Source: a virus (Duplodnaviria; Caudoviricetes). Taken from it: a stretch of 64,000 nucleotides of DNA. This document shows positions 59,797 through 64,000 of the stretch, in pieces. A program made the translations under genes and the position numbers. The stretch covers positions 32,001 through 96,000 of IMG/VR virus record IMGVR_UViG_3300035498_000732; one strand, given 5' to 3'. The stretch's first letter is position 1. Every line of letters begins with the position of its first letter. The notes below the pieces were generated by a model. It ran no database searches and was not told where the DNA came from. It saw only the letters and a program-made list of their open reading frames with translations.

Positions 59797-60023
59797 AATG
59801 CATACCTACCTGTAATAAAGCTTGCCTTTAAGTAAGATTGCATTTTTTGTGTTCCTTTCTGTTTTGGCCTTGGGAAGTTCCGTGTATGTCTGTTATCGAC
59901 TGGAGCGGAACTCCTGGCCATTGTGCTATGGTTGTGTTGTTTTGGTTGTTGTTGTTTTTACTTTCATGATTTTTTTCTCTTTGCAATTAGAGTCTGGGTT
60001 CCGCGGCCCAGACTCTATTGTTT
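59797..60023 (+). ncRNA. Putative U-rich late small RNA (alternatively 71-aa membrane ORF 59822..60037)
   Basis: Perfect late promoter 59786-59799, internal GC hairpin, terminator 59988-60017; the ORF lacks an RBS and runs through the terminator. Confidence 0.45.
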
Positions 60024-60056
60024 CAAAAACACTTTAATAAAATAAAGGAGGGATAA

Positions 60057-61019
60057 ATGTTTATGTTTGAAAGAGATAAATTTAAACAAGTTGATATTTT
60101 TGACATTGTTTTGATTATTACTCTTTCAATAGCCATCATACTTTATGGGATAGCAGCATGTGAATACATCGACGAAGTAAGGTTGTTAAACGAGTATAAT
60201 CAACGCTGCATTGATGAAAGTTCTGATAATGCATACTCTATTATGTCAGGTTTGATTACATCATTATGCCTATCTGCAGAGGGAAGCATACAGCTTAGCA
60301 TATCAGATGCAGAAGATCAATTAACAGATGAAGATATAGAATATGTAAGCAAATTGCTTGATACTCATGGCAGAGATGATGAAATAGAAGATAAGTTTAA
60401 TGATTTCTTTGATAAGAATTATTTCACTTATATAAGAAACTCTAATAATGATATTTTCATTTGCGATCAAGATTGTATCATTGCAAATTATAGTAAGCGT
60501 GAAGATGAAATCTATGGATACTTATCATGGGATAAAGTTATTGGTTCAGATAATGCGCCACAGCTTGTAGGAGATGCATTAGCAGATTTATTAGACTCTA
60601 ATACTAGAAACTATATAGCATATATCAATGATGGATCCGGTACAGTATTAGAGCAAGACGATATACGAGACATGTATGTGTCTGGTGGAATTGATGCTCT
60701 CAAGTATGTAAATGTAATTGTCCCTGTGTATATAACAGATGATCTTAGAGGGCATTATAGTAATGAATATTACAATGGAGAAAGAAATTATAAAGTTATA
60801 ATTGTACAAGAGTTTAATATTTATGATCAATTTCTTAAAGTTCAACCAGATATTCAAGATACATATCCTAGTGGATTTAGTGAAGATGAATTATCTAGTA
60901 TTACTATAGTACTATATATCTTAGGACTGTGCTTATTAATTGGTATGGTTCTTTTTGCAGTCATCATTGTGTATATATACAATAAGCATATCAGTAAATT
61001 AGTACAAAAAAAAAAATAA
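60057..61019 (+). CDS. Two-TM membrane protein with large extracytoplasmic domain
   Basis: Hydrophobic helices near both termini, basic C-terminus, AGGAGG RBS. Confidence 0.7.
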   Translation: MFMFERDKFKQVDIFDIVLIITLSIAIILYGIAACEYIDEVRLLNEYNQRCIDESSDNAYSIMSGLITSLCLSAEGSIQLSISDAEDQLTDEDIEYVSKLLDTHGRDDEIEDKFNDFFDKNYFTYIRNSNNDIFICDQDCIIANYSKREDEIYGYLSWDKVIGSDNAPQLVGDALADLLDSNTRNYIAYINDGSGTVLEQDDIRDMYVSGGIDALKYVNVIVPVYITDDLRGHYSNEYYNGERNYKVIIVQEFNIYDQFLKVQPDIQDTYPSGFSEDELSSITIVLYILGLCLLIGMVLFAVIIVYIYNKHISKLVQKKK

Positions 61020-61034
61020 CTAGGAGGTGATAAC

Positions 61035-61799
61035 TTGTTCAGCGTTGAGGAGTACTTCACTGTTACATCGTCTCAAATCAGCGCAGTTCTAGATTATTTA
61101 TTCCAGTTTATATTAGTATATATATGCTGCTTTATCGGTGCAGCCATTAGAGACTTAACAACAGCATCTAAGTCTAAAACTAAAGTAGATATAGGCAATG
61201 CATTTATATTTTCTACTCCATGTGCATTTATAATGACTACTGCATTTAATCTAATATCCAGCAAAGCTGGATTTAGAACATTGGTGCTAGCATGTGTATT
61301 TATGGGCATGTGGTCTAGAGAAGTAGCATCTCTACTATTGAATAACAAAGTTGCACTTGGAATTGTAAGGTACTTTGTCAAAAGCGTAATACATGGTTTG
61401 TCTACTGATGATTTAAATACAGAGACAGACCGCTTATCTGATATATTTGAAGATGCTGTAGGAAACGGTAAGAAAACCGCTTCTGAGGAAAATAATAATG
61501 ATGATAGTACACTTGCTAAGGATGATAGTCAAAATTGCGCCACAGCAAATGATGATCCTCCTAAGGATGCCACACCTGAGGAATCTGGTAAAGAAGAAAC
61601 AAGTGAAAATAAAGATGAATCTACAGATTCTAAAACAAAAGAAGATACTAATAATGAGGAATCTAACACAGAGGAGAATACTACTACAGAAAATAATTCT
61701 GAATCTACTGATAAAAAAGAAGAGGATGACGATAGTAGTGAAGAACTTGGTGGAGATCCAGTAGGAGAATATAGTTGGACTAAGATAATAGGGTACTAA
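61035..61799 (+). CDS. Multi-TM membrane protein with acidic tail, holin candidate
   Basis: Three to four hydrophobic segments then a D/E/N/S/T-rich tail; downstream of the amidase. Confidence 0.5.
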   Translation: MFSVEEYFTVTSSQISAVLDYLFQFILVYICCFIGAAIRDLTTASKSKTKVDIGNAFIFSTPCAFIMTTAFNLISSKAGFRTLVLACVFMGMWSREVASLLLNNKVALGIVRYFVKSVIHGLSTDDLNTETDRLSDIFEDAVGNGKKTASEENNNDDSTLAKDDSQNCATANDDPPKDATPEESGKEETSENKDESTDSKTKEDTNNEESNTEENTTTENNSESTDKKEEDDDSSEELGGDPVGEYSWTKIIGY

Positions 61800-61806
61800 A
61801 AAATAA

Positions 61807-61838
61807 TGCGCTAGGAATATTCCTAGCGCACTTCTTTT
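61807..61838. terminator. Bidirectional terminator
   Basis: tgcgctagga / tcctagcgca between convergent genes. Confidence 0.8.
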
Positions 61839-62072
61839 CTAATATAATAATGTCTTTGTCATATGCAACTCTTTGCCATCCCAGAGCTGCAAATATGGTA
61901 AATACATCTCACCTGTATGATAGATGTAGATATATTTATAAGGCTCATCATTCTCTATCTCATCGATAGATCTGATGGTCTTCAAATCTGATGGATTATA
62001 ATAGATTCCTCTGTTAAATCCAGGAAGAGATTCAACTGATTTATCTAATTTAATAGTATGCTTTCCAATCAT
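61839..62072 (-). CDS. Small protein, paralog of 62118..62372
   Basis: Shared IR..D....PY.Y.YI....G..Y..P.L...DG.EL; late promoter 62098-62111. Confidence 0.65.
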   Translation of the reverse strand: MIGKHTIKLDKSVESLPGFNRGIYYNPSDLKTIRSIDEIENDEPYKYIYIYHTGEMYLPYLQLWDGKELHMTKTLLY

Positions 62073-62117
62073 TAATTATTCCTCCTTACTTAGTAGAATT
62101 ATATTAATGTTCAGCTA

Positions 62118-62372
62118 CTATTTAAGGTAGTCATTTATCATAGTCTTATCCACAGCACAATCCGTAGGACATAGTTCACCATCACTAAAGATTAGCAGCT
62201 TAGGATAGACTATCCCGATTGACTTACTATATATGGTACCCCTAAGGTCTAATATGTAGAGATACTCATATGGTCCATCAGCGATATCATAATCCCTTAT
62301 CACCTTGATATCCTTCTCAGTATACTTTAAATTAGGCATACTGTGTATCGGTTTTAACACTCTGTTTGCCAT
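62118..62372 (-). CDS. Small protein, paralog of 61839..62072
   Basis: GGGAGG RBS before ATG 62372; shared motif. Confidence 0.65.
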   Translation of the reverse strand: MANRVLKPIHSMPNLKYTEKDIKVIRDYDIADGPYEYLYILDLRGTIYSKSIGIVYPKLLIFSDGELCPTDCAVDKTMINDYLK

Positions 62373-62469
62373 CTCTCTTTCCTCCCTAAAAAATATGAAA
62401 ACAATAGTTGGTATATATACCATTCTATTACATGGTAATAGTATATAACTACTAAAAAATACTTTTACA

Positions 62470-62896
62470 AAAATTTATAACCCTGCTATTTCTAGCAGGG
62501 CTATGTTTTTCTTCAGCACGCCCACGCTAGGAGCAAGCATGAAGGAACATAGAAAAGTTTTCACTTTCTTATAAAAAATATTCGTTAATAAAAGTAATAA
62601 AAATATATCTACCATAGCTACCTAGCATAACTATGGCAGATATTTCAGGAGAAGTATAAATACCAAGATATCTATACGATGTACATTCTATGGAAAAATA
62701 TACATTATCTATATGTATTTATAATAAAAAAAAAAAATAGCACAAGCCCTCCAGGAGACTTGTGCTTGGAACATAGTGTAGTGCTTAGAAAGGCACAGGC
62801 ATCCTGGAATGCCCATAACAAGAGAGACTGCACCGGGTTTTGGGAGATCGATGCAGCCAATATTGAATTATGCAAAGATAGTTATTATCTTTACAT
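62470..62896 (-). ncRNA. Cluster of up to three putative small RNAs (~62726-62896, ~62598-62705, ~62470-62580)
   Basis: Minus-strand promoter motifs at 62901-62908 and 62704-62717; terminator stems at 62739-62766, 62605-62643 and 62481-62500 with G.U pairs favouring the minus strand. Confidence 0.55.
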
Positions 62897-62946
62897 GGTT
62901 ATAATATGCAATCACATAATTATGTTTTTACAAAAATAAAAATAAA

Positions 62947-62972
62947 CCCTGCTAGGAATTAACCTAGCAGGG
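62947..62972 (-). terminator. Terminator of the putative capsid gene
   Basis: ccctgctagg / cctagcaggg followed by a T-rich tract on the minus strand. Confidence 0.8.
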
Positions 62973-62996
62973 AATTATTCTTTCTAAGAAATCGAT

Positions 62997-64000
62997 TTAC
63001 AGATCTTCCAATCCATTGTTCAACAGATGTACCTTACCCTGTACAGGCTGATACTCGAAGAACCTCCAGCGCTCGAATGCATGAATTGCAGGCAGTGCCG
63101 GGTTATTGATATTACGGATCTCATTAGATACATACATCTGATAATCATAGATACGATATACAATCCTCTGAGAGTTATGCGGGCAAAGGATAACAATAAG
63201 ATCCTGACGTCCACGCATCTTATCAGAACCAATGAACTGATATGTTCTCTTGTCAGATGTAATGACACCCTTAGTATAGTCAAGCTCAACCTGACCAATT
63301 GAATCAGGAGTCTTATATTCATATGTGGTCGGCCCAATACGACGGATAGTATCCGGATCACCGAATACAGTAACAGTCATGTTCGGATCATTAAGAACCT
63401 GAAGCATCTTAGATACAAGACGATCGAGCTTATCCATAAATGTTTTATGTCTCCACTCGATGTGATCCAGAGCGTAGTCCTGACGCGGCTCGAAGTCATA
63501 AGTGATCTCAGCTTTGCTACGTGCAGGCATAGTATTCCATGACTTCTCAAGATTCTGCTTAATCTTATCATCCTTGTAGTTAGCAAGAGTGGTCTTGAAT
63601 AAGCTCATATACTTTGTAAGCTGGTTTACATCATACAGTACAGCAATATCCTTAATCTCTTCCGGAGAGATAGTTGTATTAATCGGGATGGATGTACCGA
63701 TCTCGATTAACTGAGAAATTGCTTTCCAAGATGTAGAGCAGGTAGTACTCATAGCATTGGATGTATCAAGACGAGCCTGCAGTCTAACAGTATTGATTGC
63801 ACCATACATATCAGCGATCTCAATTACATTATGATCAAGAGATGCAGAGATGCAGCCCTTAAGCTCAGCAGTAGTGCCATCAGCATCAGTCTTATATGTG
63901 ATAGAGATAGGCTGAATTACAGCACGCTCCTTACCACCAAAGTTCGGCTCCATACGGATAGCTGTACGATACCATACATCATATGTACCAGCTGTATCAG
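62997..64000 (-). CDS. Probable major capsid protein, C-terminal part (5' end outside window)
   Basis: Frame open to the window edge; strong high-expression codon bias; ISPEEIKDIA..YD.N.L region resembles the T4-like capsid E..QDL..G.D segment. Confidence 0.6.
   Translation of the reverse strand, partial: DTAGTYDVWYRTAIRMEPNFGGKERAVIQPISITYKTDADGTTAELKGCISASLDHNVIEIADMYGAINTVRLQARLDTSNAMSTTCSTSWKAISQLIEIGTSIPINTTISPEEIKDIAVLYDVNQLTKYMSLFKTTLANYKDDKIKQNLEKSWNTMPARSKAEITYDFEPRQDYALDHIEWRHKTFMDKLDRLVSKMLQVLNDPNMTVTVFGDPDTIRRIGPTTYEYKTPDSIGQVELDYTKGVITSDKRTYQFIGSDKMRGRQDLIVILCPHNSQRIVYRIYDYQMYVSNEIRNINNPALPAIHAFERWRFFEYQPVQGKVHLLNNGLEDL

Noticed and set aside
59899-59967. Minus-strand Thr-rich micro-ORF MKVKTTTTKTTQP as an attenuator leader
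   Set aside because: Weak SD, no minus-strand promoter seen and no downstream biosynthetic gene
127-62737. Long A/T homopolymers (127-136, 1647-1658, 2979-2989, ~61006-61016, ~62726-62737) as phase-variation sites
   Set aside because: Mostly intergenic terminator tails or at a gene end; lengths may reflect sequencing error; no disrupted gene seen
58242-62910. tRNA, tmRNA or known riboswitch among the structured intergenic regions
   Set aside because: No cloverleaf with T-loop/D-loop consensus or recognisable aptamer core found by eye
62679-62939. 86-aa plus-strand ORF
   Set aside because: No SD, crosses an A homopolymer and hairpins, atypical composition; minus-strand RNA signals explain the region better
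4106-63586. Many short antisense or alternative-frame ORFs nested in large genes (e.g. 4457..4732, 10946..11335, 40550..40927, 57908..58306, 63020..63361)
   Set aside because: Shadows of codon bias in the real genes; no RBS or promoter
1-64000. Stop-codon reassignment as seen in some gut jumbo phages
   Set aside because: Long intact ORFs under the standard code; TAG and TGA both end genes next to terminators or downstream RBSs

Overview
AT-rich 64 kb segment of a jumbo myophage, most likely related to the AR9/PBS1/phiKZ-like group and probably infecting a Bacillota host (CHAP, amidase, SH3b and PG-binding domains, strong GGAGG RBSs, a YezG-like gene). Structural genes: a 3524-aa tape-measure/tail lysin with three enzymatic domains, baseplate genes, a block of putative internal head proteins with L/I-x-E|S processing-like motifs, and the 3' part of the probable major capsid gene. 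Other genes: a split multisubunit RNA polymerase beta' subunit (GGDYDGD), a GroEL-like chaperonin, primase, a RusA-like resolvase and a lysis cluster. Structure the ORF track misses: (1) a 442-nt ORF-less group I intron (50718-51159) joining two ORFs into a 521-aa protein, probably the sigma-like subunit of the non-virion RNAP; (2) small genes sharing a portable leader (MIDMNxSIxxIMxECDxIxE) and tail (NES..F..L), one wrapped around a YezG/DUF600-like toxin-immunity domain, suggesting a capsid cargo-tagging system; (3) two early genes whose predicted mRNA 5' and 3' ends base-pair around the whole CDS; (4) several promoter- and terminator-bounded structured small RNAs; (5) a probable -1 frameshift in the baseplate hub gene; (6) two phage promoter classes. 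All family assignments come from motif recognition by eye; no database search was run.
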